This document shows, piece by piece, positions 37,121-51,210 of a stretch of DNA of 64,000 nucleotides. Made by a program: the position numbers and the translations under genes. The stretch is taken from NCBI GenBank assembly GCA_047967505.1, contig CM106538.1; one strand, 5' to 3'. The stretch comes from Dipteris shenzhenensis (taxonomy: Eukaryota). Every line of letters starts with the position of its first letter. Position 1 is the stretch's first letter. The notes beneath the pieces are model-generated. The model saw nothing but the letters and a program-made list of their open reading frames with translations. It ran no database searches and had not been told where the DNA came from.

Positions 37121-37907
37121 TGGTCTTCATGACCAACCTCTACCAGGAGGAATGTTTTGTTGAGCAAGTGGAGAGGCTCCCCTTTATTCTCAAAAGTCCC
37201 CATAGGGTTGAGGTAGCACTATTAGCCTCAACCTTGGTTATTTTCTTGCACTCTTACAGGAGCTCGATTTTGTCACTTGTTTTATTTTCTCATGCCTCAC
37301 ATAATGTACTTCTCCATTGAGCATAGCATTTGTGGAGCATTTTTCTGCCTGCATGTGTGTATTTGTAGGTGTCCCAACTAAAGTAGCAGGCATAAGAGAC
37401 AATTGATCAATATGTGGATCAAGTAGCACATGTGTATCTGTAGGTGGCCTAACTAAGATAAGAGGCATAATAGACAATGCATCAGCATGTGGATCAAGCA
37501 GCTATTTTTCTAGAGATCCTTAAGGAAATTTAGGTTGATAACAAAGTTATTGTCTCTCAAATGGCTCAACATGTGCTAAGTCAAATGATCAATGGAGCTA
37601 ATGATCTTTGACTTAAGTTGCCATGAAGCAAGCAAAGGTTATTGTGGAGTAGATTGATAAAATATATGAAGAGCAGGCATTCAGACTGGAGTCTCACGAT
37701 GGCAGAAGTGAAGTGTAGTTGAGCAAAGTAAGGTTTGTGGAGTTTAATGTTTACATGGATATTTTTTGTACTATGGTCTTTTTTGGGGCTGACCTCTCCT
37801 TTAATAATGAAAGCTAGCAGTATTTTACAAATTTTCTTGTTGGTGCATTACCTTCTTTTCTGTCATATGAGCAATTCCATGTAGCATGTAAATTTGTTAC
37901 GGGATGG

Positions 37908-40564
37908 TGTTGAGGAACTGAAGGGAAAGCATGAAGTGAACACAAAATGAGAATTCTTGATTATGGAATGAAGAAAGGTGAGGTCCTTATGTAGGCACCT
38001 CTTACATGATCACTGACATCACTGATGACCTCTGAGCTCCACAATCATCTCTTCAATCAGCTCCTAGAATCTCTCAATCATCCTATGTGGCATCTACCAC
38101 CTAATAGTGCTTATGGGCACCTAACTGTGCCTCTAGCACACACACATAGAACCCAATGTGTGCCTGGGGCATACACCTTGAGATATCCCAACAAACCCCC
38201 CCTCAAGGGAATGCCTCAGGCTATGTCAAAGATTCATCTAGTCTCATAGTTTCTCATGCCATCTCATGGTGGTCAAGGATTAATCTATGGCTAGGATCTC
38301 ATGCTAGCAAGGGTTTCCAAGGGTGTGAGGTAAACAAAATGGATACATAAGACCTTCCAATGGTTATCTCCTGCATGTATATGCACACAATGTCTGCAGG
38401 AGGTACCATGGAGTAAAACACATACACATGGCATACATCATATGGTGACCAGAGGTGTTTACAAAGAACACAATAGTTTATTTCATTTATTTTGGAGGAC
38501 TATCCAAGCTGAGTACCTTGACTCAACATAAAAAGAGAGATTTGGAGCATATATGGAGATGGTTCAAAAAGCATAATCTTCATCATGTGGAGACTCATCA
38601 AATGAAAGTAGATTGGCAGTTTCTATAGTTGCTTCCTTTTTGGCTCTACAATACTTTTCATGGTGATTGTTTTTGCCACAATGTTTACATGGATTGATCT
38701 TGAAGCAGTCTTTTGAGAGGTGATTAGTCTTCCCACAATGTTTGCAAGGTGAAAACTTGCCCTTTTGAAATTTTATGGCATAGGCTGTGTCATTGCCTCT
38801 CTGGTATGCTGTGTCATTGCCTCTCCAGAGTTCCATGTGCCTTTCTTCTTCTTGAAGAGCAGAAATAAGACCTTCAAGATTAGGATTAGGAAGATTTTTC
38901 AAAGTGGTAACAACATGATCATAATCTTCAGGCATACTTTTGAGCAATACTACCATTGCATCATCTGTAGTGATTGGAGAGTTGATAGAAGCAAGTTGAG
39001 TCATGAGACTCCGCATAAGATTGACATGGGCAGCTAGAGGAGCGCCACTAACCATCTTCAATTCAAAGAAAGAAATCTTAAGTGACAATTTTGAGATGTG
39101 AGAGCTAGCACCAAAAATAATGTCAAGCTTCTGCCAAGCTTCTGAAGGAGACTCTAAGTCAGAGATGTGATGAATATAGTCATCTCCTAAGGCAAGAGCA
39201 ATGATGCCATAGGCTTTCTCCTCTCTAGCATGATCTCTTGCCGGGTGTGTTGGAGCTGAGGATTCTCCAGCATTAGAGGCTGTTGAAGAAGAAGTTGAAG
39301 TCAGTTTGACAAGCCCCCAGAGGTTTTCCCTCATCAATGCAAACTGAATCTTGATCTGCCATGTGTGAAAGCCTTTACCATTAAACTTATCCATATTCAA
39401 GATGGTAGCCATGAGAGGATCTAGATTGGGCAGTGTCTACTCTCTTACAAGGCTAGAAAGAGTTGAAGGGCTTCAAAGTACACGCATTTAAAGTAGCAAA
39501 GACTTGCAACCAAATTCCATACTACAAATCAATGATGCTTTCACTTGCATGCTTCATAGAGGTGACTAAATGAAAGTATTCCAAGCAAATACAGGTATAG
39601 CAACTTAAAACAAAGCTATAGCCACAATTGTACTGATGGTATTCATCACTTTAAAACATCAGAAATGCTAAAATAGCATCTAATGTAGCATCAAACTCAC
39701 AACCTTGTCAAAACTGTCCAAAATAGAGGCTTGAACTTGGAGGGCTTGTATCTCACTCTTCAAAGCAAAGAAAAAAGGGCTTTCTAGGTAGAAACAAAGC
39801 TCATACACCAGAGAAGATCCACTAAGAAGGAGAGGTGCAATTCCATGTCACATCGCCATAGCTAGCTGCTTGAAAGTCGACTGGTTTTTTTGTGTTTTCT
39901 CCTTGAATATGCAGCCATTGCTACTCAAATTTCAACACAAGATAGCCCAAGGTATAGAGAAGCTTCTTCTAAAAGGAATTAGAGAAAGGTGGAGTAGAAA
40001 TAGAGAATACATAGAAGAGAGTTTGACAATTTTCGAGAAATGGCGACCAACATAGATGACCTTTCTTCAATTCCTTGTGGGTGAAAGTTCAGCCATACAA
40101 GGGGTATCTCTAGCCAAAAGGACTTGGAGAATGGTGAAGCGACGAGGGAGAACAAGCTCTAGCAAGTTTTGGGAAGAAGGGAAAGAAATGGTGAAGATGA
40201 AGAAGAAGAAGAAGATGGAGAAGAAGAAGATGATGTGGCATAAATGGGCTCAAGGAGGATCATAGTGCTCTGATACCATGTTGAGGAACTGAAGGGAAAG
40301 CATGAAGTGAACACAAAATGAAAATTCTTGATTATGGAATGAAGAAAGGTGAGGTCCTTATGTAGGCACCTCTTACATGATCACCGACATCACTGATGAC
40401 CTCTGAGCTCAACAATCATCTCCTCAATCAGCTCCTAGAATCTCTCAATCATCCTATGTGGCATCTACCACCTAACAGTGCTTATGGGCACCTAACTGTG
40501 CCTCTAGCACACACACATAGAACCCAAGGTGTGCCTAGGGCATACAACTTGAGATATCCCAACA
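37908..40564 (-). mobile_element. Non-autonomous gag-only LTR retrotransposon D (TR-GAG-like), 2657 bp
   Basis: 286-bp LTRs 37908-38193 and 40279-40564 (8 differences by eye); TSD GATGG (37903-37907, 40565-40569); PBS 40267-40278(-); PPT beside 38194-38206; no PR/INT/RT sequence. Confidence 0.95.
38564..39412 (-). CDS. gag: Copia-type Gag, 282 aa, intact, with two CCHC zinc knuckles
   Basis: FNGKGFHTWQIKI..LW N-terminus; AWQKL..F..LKM, LLKSMPEDY core; CKHCGKTNHLSKDC and CKHCGKNNHHEKYC. Confidence 0.93.
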   Translation of the reverse strand: MATILNMDKFNGKGFHTWQIKIQFALMRENLWGLVKLTSTSSSTASNAGESSAPTHPARDHAREEKAYGIIALALGDDYIHHISDLESPSEAWQKLDIIFGASSHISKLSLKISFFELKMVSGAPLAAHVNLMRSLMTQLASINSPITTDDAMVVLLKSMPEDYDHVVTTLKNLPNPNLEGLISALQEEERHMELWRGNDTAYQRGNDTAYAIKFQKGKFSPCKHCGKTNHLSKDCFKINPCKHCGKNNHHEKYCRAKKEATIETANLLSFDESPHDEDYAF

Positions 40565-40854
40565 GATGGAAGTGTATCATTACCACATGTTTTTATATCA
40601 ACTTACAAATCTTCCATTCCTCTTATAGATTTCTCACATGTGTACTTGCTCAGTCAAGTTAAGGATTCACTACAATGTGATTGCAAATTCATGAGTATGA
40701 AATTTACTTTTGCGCTAGTCCCCCAGGGAGGCAAGGGGGTTAGCCTTAGAGATAGGAGTGGAAATTAGAACATGCACCTTTAATAAGAACAACACTTTTG
40801 ATAGACCGTAATCTTTAAAAGTCCCTAAAATGTGCTTTTGAGAGATAGAGGCTG

Positions 40855-40863
<9 letters not shown>

Positions 40864-40930
<67 letters not shown>
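40864..40930. repeat. (GA)n microsatellite
   Basis: ~33 GA units visible. Confidence 0.98.
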
Positions 40931-40934
<4 letters not shown>

Positions 40935-40965
40935 GGGGGGGACACTATTTTGATATTTCTTTATT

Positions 40966-41090
40966 ATAGTAGAAGATCAATACATAGTAGTATTTACAAA
41001 ATCAATAGTGTTTCTTTACAGTAGAAGATCGATACATAGTATCTCTTTACAATAGAATATCAATACATAGTAGTATTTACAAAATCAAAT
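40966..41090. repeat. Short imperfect tandem repeat (agtagaagatcaatacatagtagtatttacaaaatcaa-like, ~3 partial copies)
   Basis: Visible repeated blocks. Confidence 0.75.
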
Positions 41091-44000
41091 CCACAACATG
41101 CTCTAGTTCAAAACACCTATATTCTATTTAACATTTCTTTGAGTGTGTCTATATGCTGGTGCAAGGCATCTCGCTTGATTTTGAATCTCCTCGACATGTG
41201 ATTGAAGGATAAACTAATCTGTCCTTTGAACTATTTAGTTCATCAAAGAGGTCACTCATAGTTATGCTCTCAATTGTAAGCATGAATTAGGTGGATTTTG
41301 CATCTCTAAGGGACCTCTATAATTTGATATGTAGCTCTTTATATTTGCAATTGTGCCTCATGGAATTTGCCAATGCTTGTTTCAGCTTTGCATATTCTTT
41401 GACAGCTACTTTTTGCTCTCCCTTGAGGGCAAAAATTCGCTAGACTTGAATTATCCTTTTTCAATCCACTGTCAAATTAAGGATATTATCTTGAGGTAGT
41501 AACACTCCCAATCTCATGCTTTGACCACCATCGATTTCAATTGTTCTTGTTGCAAATGAGCATCAGGATTGACATCATAATAGCATGCCCCACAGACTTC
41601 TGTACAAGCTTTGCAACCTTTTGAGTACCTCTCTACTAAAAGAGGTACACATAAAAGCTCCCCTCAAATGCCTTGGCTCGTTTGATCAATTGGGATTTCC
41701 TTATTCGGAGGACTTTAACACTACAGTCATTCTGGTTTGTAGTGGCCTACACCTCCCTTAGAATCAATTTGATCACAAGAAGTTTAAGGGACATCAATGT
41801 TACCTTCTTACTCTATCTTATTGTGATCTTCATTTTGTACTTCTTTGAGAGGGAATTCTTGATGCTTTGACACATTTGCATGTCAACCTTGATGCTATAA
41901 ATACTATATAGAACACCCTATAGACCATGGGATCGATGGTTTGCAAATACTATACAGAACACCCAACAATGAGGTCATACTGATGTTTCAACTTACTGGT
42001 CCCGATCAAATGAAGTTCCATATAGCACTTCACTGCCATCAGTGCATGGACTTCAACAATCGTGTGTTTCCATTTCTCCACAGCTAGTGCAACATGTACT
42101 GCTTTTGTGCTCACATATGGTGATGGAAACCATCCCATAAGTCTATGGCTAATAAAAGCTATCAAGTCTCTCTGGAATAGATTTGTCATAGTGATCTTTT
42201 TGACCTTCCAAGCTATTGCTGGACCATTTTGCCCCCATGAGCATCGAAGTCCAAAATTGGTTAATAAGAACTCATTGGAACATAGTTAATAAGAAACTCA
42301 TATGGCGCCTTGAACTCAACCTTGTCAAAAACACTCAATGGTACCCTGTTTTTTTAATGTTCAAGCTACATGCTAGAAACAGTCCTTAAAGGGGGTATGT
42401 GGAGTCGTTCCAAAGGAGTGCATATATAGTGTCATCTCACCAAAGAGCCATCTCCTTGATGTGCCTCACATTGACCTTGGGATAATTGTGCTTTAGAAAC
42501 AGGTCAATTTTTATTCCTTAAGGGATACGACCAACCTCATTGACTAAATTGGTAAAGGCATCCATAGGTATCTCTTTGGAGACAATTCAGGCCATGAGAA
42601 CGTGCTTTTGTGAAATGCAAAAAGGAGGAACGATACCAAGTGAACGAAGAATGCAATGTGTAGGAGATCCTTTATGCTTATCTTAATCCTGAACATTAAT
42701 AATCATGACTAGAGTGAGTCAAGCGTACATGATGATACCACCACCACTCTTAACTCATTCCTATAAATGCAATGTACATGATCATGCTCCATGAGTTTGA
42801 TTTGCAATTGCGGCACTTTTGGTACTAGATCCCAAATTAAAATCCAAAGGCATGCTTTTTTTGCGCCATGTAAAAATTGGAGCAATAGAACTACTTGACT
42901 ACCTTTTCCATTCCAACAAGCATTGATGCAAAGAGTGAAATGATAATAGCATTTATTTCGAACTAAGTAAATATAAGAACAAAACTTAGAAATGGTGCAT
43001 GTCTTTGTTTTTGTTTCAAGTAACGTATGTTATAAGCATTTGACTACGTTCACAATTCACATCATCTAGATGACTGAAGCAAGGAGGTAGAATTGTCTTT
43101 CAATAGAAAAGCACACAACATGCACAGCTTAGGTCCCATAAAAATAAATCCGATTATTCTTTTTTGCATTGGTTATGCTTGAAATGGAGGCATTGGTGTT
43201 CGATGAAGCACAAACTATACCAAGCTACGTGAGCATTTCGAAAAAGAGGGCATAGAAAGATTATATTAGGGATCCCACTTTGTAAGCCAATTTTTGATGA
43301 TGTGCAATAGTGCACATCAAAAATGGGCTTGGAAAGTGGGCTCTCTAAAATTCAAATGGCCATAACCAAATTAGAACCTTAAGAAATTTGCATTGCTATG
43401 AATAGTCAAAATGTGCACCAAATCATGCTCTATGCAGTGGTCATGTCAATGAAGTGTGGTTAAATCAATGAAGGGGAACTATATTTTTAGGGCTCTTCCT
43501 AAAAACTTTGGTGAGATTTTAGGGCTAAAATCTCACAATTTTTTTGGCTAAGCCTTAAAAGCTCACCAAAAAATCACACTCAAAATAGAATAATATGAGA
43601 CTTATTTAGTCTAAGAACCATCCATCCATCCTTAGTCTCTACTTTGGAGTAAAGATTCTTTTTTTATCCTTGTTATACTTCCTTCACCTTCTAAAGTGGA
43701 CTATTGGTAAGTGAATTATAGTGTGAAATGAAAGGTTTTTTAGTGAAAGTCCTATACCTTGGGGTGGTGATGTTCTAAAAACAACAAAATGAGTACAACA
43801 ATTGCAAGTGAGCACACATATAAAATATCATTATCTATAATCTTTTTTAAAAAATTAATATAGTTTTTTACCATACTTTTATGTGTATATACATTTAGAT
43901 TTTGTATTTCAACGTGCCTTTTATACCTTCACATAAACTTACTACACTAGATAAGTATCTTTTCTAGTCCCTCAGATTTTTATCTAGGATGAAGGTCCCC

Positions 44001-45742
44001 GAATAACAAAATCCCTTCTTGTTGATGATTTTTTTCCTTTCCCATCAGTTGACCAATGCCACCCAATGCTTGGCATTCAGTGTGAGTGCATAGTGCTTGG
44101 TAGGGAAGATGCCCTCTCTTGTACTCCTAAGGCCGCTTATTGCACAGAGACTGCACAAAGACTAGTCGATGCTTGGGCTGTAGAGTTAGACATCAAATTG
44201 CTCTCACAGGTCTATGCTACATGGGCAAAATCATGTGAAGATGGGTGAATGAGCATGGATAGTGAAGATAAGTGTTACAAGAGTACAAAAAGAATAGCCA
44301 AATATGGAAAAAATACTTTTATTATAAAATAGAACCACTCAATTACAAACAACCGTGGTTGTAGACTCAATGCTCAGACAGTCTTCCTTGCTCACCTCAA
44401 CTGAAGCACCACACTCTTTGAGAGCAACTACCTCGTGTAGATCCTAACAAGACAAAACTAGAGGATAGGAAGTGAGCCACCATTCTAACTTGGACTCATC
44501 CTCTAAATACCGACAGACTTAGATGGTTGACGTGTATCACCTTTCTAAACAAGACCTCAAAAATTACTAAACTGTTGCTATTGATTGCTTTCCCATTGTA
44601 ACCTATGTTGGCTTTTCCTGCTAACATGGGGTCGCACTACTTGGCTGGGCAGTTCTTGCTATGCCTTCATACATGGTCTCCATCCAAGTTGGCCATGGTA
44701 GTTTGACCCAGCCACGTTGGCCAGTAATCTAGCTTCACTTTTGTTGTGTCCTCATGGTTTCCTTGGTGCATGGATGAGTCGTCACTCAAAAATAGATAGC
44801 CAAATGGTGGGATTTCATTGTCGAGGGTCGGAGCTAGTCCATCATTTGGGGCTTGGATTTTGTTGCTGCAAGGTCAAAGGAGAACCCATGATGAGAGTCA
44901 AATCAATGGAGGGTCAAGGGGCTTCTAGGGAGTGGAGTAGTACTGCCATGCCCTCAAGCTCTAGATGTTTAGAAGGCTACATAGGTGGCTAGGGATGGAG
45001 TGAGTCATTGTTGACTAGCTCATATTGTACTTGTTGGTTTCAATCATCAGTCCATTGCCAAGGCATCCGAGTGGATGATGCCCATGTCCACAAAGTGAGG
45101 CTTGTATCATGTGCATATACATAGTGAGGGGATACATCCACTTCTTTGTGGGGATCTTGCAAAGTGCCAAGAGATAGTGCCACATAGTTGTGGCCTCAGA
45201 GACAATAGAGTCTTGCATCTACTCAATCAATTACAGGTGCTAGGTATAGTATGCAGATAAATTGGCCATTTTGTTCAAGGTGCTTGTTGTAAATTTTCCA
45301 TGATAAATTCACACTCAAATTGGTAGGTTTCCTTGAATTGCTCAATTTCTCCTTCACTGCCAAGTTGAATTCATGGCAAGCTTGATCATATAATGAAAAT
45401 TTGGGTGGCAGTTCACCCAAAATTTCCCCTTAGTGTAAAGGCCATGAAGAATCCAAAAATGGGGAGTAGAGCCAATAGCTTCCACTTCATATATGTCCGA
45501 AATTCTAGAGGACAATGGAAAATTGGCTCAACTAGGCATAGCATGAAAAATGCAACCTAGTCCACGTGGGGATAAAACAAGCCAAACTTAATGGGAAATA
45601 GCTAGGGTCTCTATAAAAAATGCATGCTTTGGTGATGTCTGGATGGCTGCTTTAGAAAACACCACTCCAGTGGCCTGTGTTGTTTGAGTTATTTGCTTCG
45701 TGACCGTGTTCTCTATGCTAGTGGTTTGCTCTATGGTGATGG

Positions 45743-48700
45743 TGTGAAGATAGTGGGAGAGAAGGAAGGAGTCTCACTTGTGGCTTTCTCACATACACAA
45801 TGGGGGAATACACACAAAGGTGGAGGCTGAAAACAGTTTTCCTCTTCTTAGTTGTGAAAGCCAAAAGAACTCTAGTACAAAGAAATAGAAGAACCCTATA
45901 TGTGGGTCTCAAACCAAACTCAACTAACTAAGGTGGCATACTAACTGAGCCACGAACTAGAGTACATAAGGATAGCTATCATCCAGCTATTATTCATGGG
46001 CAGTGTACCAACCGCATCTGCAGCTAACGAGTCGGTGACATAAATGCACAACAATCACCCTGGCATATCACGAGTGGAGCTCGATATCTCATCACTCCCC
46101 CTCGAGCTCAATCCCAATTCCTACACACCAAGCAGGTCTCTAAACTTGCGCAGCTTCTCTATGCGCAATGCCTTTGTGAATATGTCAGCTACCTAATCCT
46201 CCGTGCTGACATAAACTAGATCAATAAGACCTAGTAAAACCTTCTCCTGCACATAGTGATAATGCACCTCAATGTGCTTTGTTCTAGCATGATAGACTAG
46301 GTTATTTGCCAAGTGTATACTGCTTATGTTGTCACAATAAATGACAACTAGCCCACTGATGCATATCATAAAGTAGCTTATGCAACCAAGCTACCTCACA
46401 TGCAGCCATTGCTACACCCTTGTACTCAGCCTTTGTGCTCGACAAGGCAACTGTAGGCTATTTCTTGCTGCTCCAAGTGACTGTAGCACTCCCGAAATAG
46501 AACACATATCCACTGGTAGATCGTCTATCAAAAATACTACCAGCCCAATTAGCATCAATGTATCCATGCAACTGTATCTGAACCCCGGCCTCATAAAATA
46601 GTCCATACTGCAATGTGGACTTCACATACCTGAGTATGTGTCTAGCTACATCCAAATGTGGTTTCCTTGGAGCCTGCATAAACTGACTTACCAATCCAAT
46701 AGCATAGCACAAATCTGGCGTGGTAATAGTCATATAAATCAAACTTCTTACTATGCATCTGTACATAGTAGGGTCTTCCAAAAGCTCACCTACATTTGCG
46801 CTCAGCTTCACATTCTGCTCCAAAGGAACTGAAATAGGCTTACAACCTGTCATCCCATATTTGGACAGCATGTCCAATCCATACTGCCTCTGCAAGAGCC
46901 GTATCCCACTTGGTGATCTAATCACCTCAATGCCCAAGAAATAACGCAGCTCTCCCAATTCCTTCATCTCAAACTTCTGCTTCAATAGCATTTTCACATG
47001 AAGGATATCTTCATCACTATCACCTGTGATGATCAAATCATCAACATAAATGACAAGCAGCATAATACCTTTCTCTGTTTTTCTCACATAAAGAGAGAAA
47101 TCTGCCTTGAAAATCTGAAAGCCAATAGTGACAAGATACTATCCTATCTTGTCAAACCATGCTCTAGGTGCTTACTTCAAGCCATACAAGGCTTTCTTCA
47201 ACCTGCAAACAAACTCAGGATCAACAGCATGAACATAACCTGGTGGCTGCTCCATAAAGACCTCTTCTTGCAAATCACCATGCAAGAAGGCATTCTTTAC
47301 ATCCATCTGATGTAAAGACCATCCCTTTGATGTAGCCATAGCAATGACTACTCTTACGGTTGCCATCCTTGCAACCAGACTGAATGTTTCTTCATAATCA
47401 ATGCCATATGTCTGTGCATACCCCTTGACAACTAATCTTGCCTTGTATATGTTCATAGAACCATCTGCATTGTGCTTCACCTTATAAACCCACTTACAGC
47501 CAATTGCATTCTTGTTTTTATGCAAAGGCACCAATTCCCATGTAGCATTTGCTTCCAAGGCATCCATTTCTTCATCCATGGCTTTCTCCCATTTTTCTTT
47601 TCCACGGCTTGCTCAAAAGAAGTGGGTTCTAGTTCCTATATCACTTTGACCATATAGGCATAGTGAATGGTTGTAAATCCATCATATTTCAGCCTATCCA
47701 CAGGATACCTAGCTCTGGTAGACCTGCGCAAAATAGGCTTACTTCCAGGTGCTCTAAAAACATCCCTGGTCTTCCTTACTCCAAGTGTAACAAGAGAAGG
47801 AATACCCAACTCATCATCAATGCTCTGTTTTGAGCCATTGGATTCACCATCCACATAAGAGTGACCTGCATTCACATCAAACATGGGCTGACTACCTTCT
47901 CTTTTCCTTTTCGTGATACCTGCATACCACTATTTGCATTGCTTTGAGGAGATTCTCCTGATCTCAATCTGCCTGTCCATGGCAAAGTATGTGAACCACT
48001 ACTAGAGGACACTGTAGGTCCACTAATATTTTGTGATTGCTACTGTGAATTCTGTGCAGCATTACCATTTTGTGCATCTACATCATCAATCGCATTTACT
48101 GGTTTATACCAGCTGCTCATCTCATCAAAAAAAACATCTCTGCTCATTGTAAACTTACGAGTAGAAGGGTTATAGCATCTATACCCTTTCTGCTGTAGAG
48201 AATAACCAATAAAGATGCACTTCTCAGCTTTTGGATCCAACTTGGACCTCAACTCATCTGGCACATGAACATAGGCAATGCAACCAAAAATTTTCAAATG
48301 AAAAATATCTGGTTTCCTACCAGTATACATCTCCTCTAGCGTCATGCCATGTATTGCTGAAGTGGGAGTCTTGTTCATTATGTAAACTATTGTAGTAACT
48401 GCTTCAGCCCAATAATAATCTGGTAGGTCTTTTTCATTTAGCATGGCCCGAGATACCTCTCTAATATGCCTGTTTTTCCTTTCTGCAAGTCCATTTTACT
48501 ATGGGGTATGACTGCATGAATATTGCTGCTTTATGCCATGCTCCTACAGGAACCTTGCAAACTCATTTGAGAGGTACTCTTCCCTCCATCTGACCTTAGG
48601 CATTTTATTTGCAGGCCTGTTTCTTTTTCAACCATAGCTTTAAAAGCTTTGAAATGCCCAAACACTTCACTTTTCTTTTTCATAAAATACACCTAAACTT

Positions 48701-51210
48701 TTCTGCTGTAGTCATCAATAAAAGTGACAAAATAATGACACTTTCCAATAGATGTAGCTTTAGTAGTCCACACATCAGAGTGGATTAATTCCAATGGCTT
48801 CTTACTCTCTTGAACATGTCTAGGAAATGGTTTCCTTGCCTGTTTTCCAAATTGACAGGCTTCACATACCTTATGCATTTCTGCAACCTTGAATTTAGGC
48901 AATCCTGTAACAATATTTTGGGCCTGCATTGATTTAAGTCGCTGTACACTAACATGACCAATGCGTTTATGCCAGATATCAATATCTGCAACTACACCGG
49001 TCCCATGTGCAAACATTGCTGCACTCAATTCAGGCATGTCCGCATCCAATGTAAACATCCTACCCTTCTTCTTTCCTTTTGCTATCAAGTGACCGTTATT
49101 TTTCATATCCTCAACAAAGCATCCATGAGGATTAAATCTGACCTGCAAGCCCTGCTCAACCATTTGACCAACAAAAACCAGGTTCTTTGTGATATTCGAG
49201 ACATGAAATACATCAGACAGGTATTTCCTTTTCCCATCCTGCATAGACAAAGGAATTTTACCAATCTGCATAATAGGATGTGCAGTATCATCACCAGTCT
49301 CCACAAATCCTGGTCTTTCCATTTTCCTTGCATCGTGCATCCATTCTGCATGACCTGTCATGTGGTTTGATGCACTTGAGTCAACATATCACACATCATT
49401 GCTTTCTTCTGCACTTGTCACAGAATTGGTCATGTGCTGCACCATAAACAGATGCTCATTTCTGTCATCACCCTGTCTACTAGAAGATGCATAATTCCCT
49501 TGCTGCAATTTTCCATTCATGATGTCATTTTGCTTTTTATAGCAGTCTTTAGCCATATGACCCATTTTACCACAGTACTAGCATTCAACATTGCTGTTTG
49601 CATTTTGGCCTCCCTACCATCCACCACGACCTCTTTGGCTCCCCCTGCCTCTAGAGTTACCATGTCCTCCTCCATATCCTGATTTCTACCACGGCCTCCA
49701 GATCAGCCTGCTCTGCCTTTGCCTCTACCTCTTCCAACATTTGAGTTAAAGACAGTTTCTTTTGAAGTTCCTCCTGAAGAAGATGCACCACCATTTCTCT
49801 GCTCTTCAGAAATTAGAAGAGCAAACAACTCCTCAAAATCAGGAAATTTTTCACGGACGGCAATGGATGTCCGGAATTGTGCATAATCCTTTCCTAGACC
49901 ATTCAAGGTCACAGAAACTAAATCATCATCTTCCATTGGCGACCCAATGGAAGCAAGTGCATCTGCAATTTTCTTCACCTTCATGTGGTAGTCATTGATG
50001 CTCATAGTTTCTCTCTGCACATTGTGCAACTCCTGCTTGAGCAGCATTTTCCTAGCTTGCGTATTTGTGCTGTACATTTTTGTTGAAGTATCCCATGCCT
50101 CCTTTGGCATCCTTGCATCCTGAATATGCATAATCATAGAATCTAAAATACTAATAGACAGCCAATACATAACTTTTATGGCTCTCTCATGCCATCCTTT
50201 AAATGCCTACATTTCCTATTGATTGGGAACATTAGGAAGAACTGGTTCTTCTTCATTTCCTGTAATGAATTCCCAATAGCCTTTTCCCATAAGGAAATTC
50301 GTCATTCTAAACTTTCGTGCTTGGAAGTTGTTCTTGTCAAGCTTTTCAATGACAATCTGTGAAAGAGAATTGGACGCCATTATAGAACACTGCAAAATAT
50401 TCTGTCACTGCAAAAACCACAGCTTCTGCCTCATAAGGGCAAATTTGCAAAACTGATGAAAGTGGTATTTGACCACACAGTCACTTCCTAGTGATGATTT
50501 TGCATGAATAGGCAATAAGGATGATTTTGTAACTCCCAATATTTCTGTGCACAGGCATACGATGCAATTTCTGTGGCAACTTTTCATCGACCTGTAGAGC
50601 AGTGGTCACACAACAAAAATAGGGCCTTTTTCTCAGTGCTTGCGGAGAACTTCCGCCTCCAAAACATGCCTCAAAATCACCACACTGTGAAGTGCGTCTC
50701 AATCTGAGACAATGCACTCTTGCACTTTTCGGCTGTGCTACCTGCAAAGATTTGCTCCCAAACTCGAAAAAGGAAAGAAACACTGGTCCTCTTACTAGGA
50801 CACCGCGAACTTGGTTTGCTTTCTTGAGCTCCTTACCATGAACCAGGCTGTGATACCATGTGAAGATAGTGGGAGAGAAGGAAGGAGTCTCACTTGTGGC
50901 TTTCTCACATAGACAATGGGGGACTACACACAAAGGTGGAGGCTGAAAATAGTTTTCCTCTTCTTAGTTGTGAAAGCCAAAAGAACTCTAGTACAAAGAA
51001 ATAGAAGAACCCTATATGTGGGTCTCAAACCAAACTCAGCTAACTAAGGTGGCATACTAACTGAGCCATGAAATAGAGTACATAAGGATAGCTGTCATCT
51101 AGCTATTATTCATGGGTAGTGTACAAACCGCATCTGCAGCTAACAAGTCGGTGACATAAATGCACAACAGTCACCTTGGCATATCACAAGTGGAGCTCGA
51201 TATCTCAACA
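45743..51210 (-). mobile_element. Full-length degenerate Ty1/Copia E, relative of Copia C
   Basis: 352-bp LTRs 45743-46094 and 50859-51210 (~15 differences by eye); TSD GATGG (45738-45742, 51211-51215); mutated PBS TGGTATCACAGC 50847-50858(-); PPT 46095-46103; gag-pol fragments closely similar to C. Confidence 0.97.
46100..50380 (-). pseudogene. gag-pol: Copia E gag-pol with multiple premature stops
   Basis: ORF pieces 49703-50170 (gag), 48693-49361, 48040-48444 (INT), 47172-47579, 46458-47087 (RT). Confidence 0.93.
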
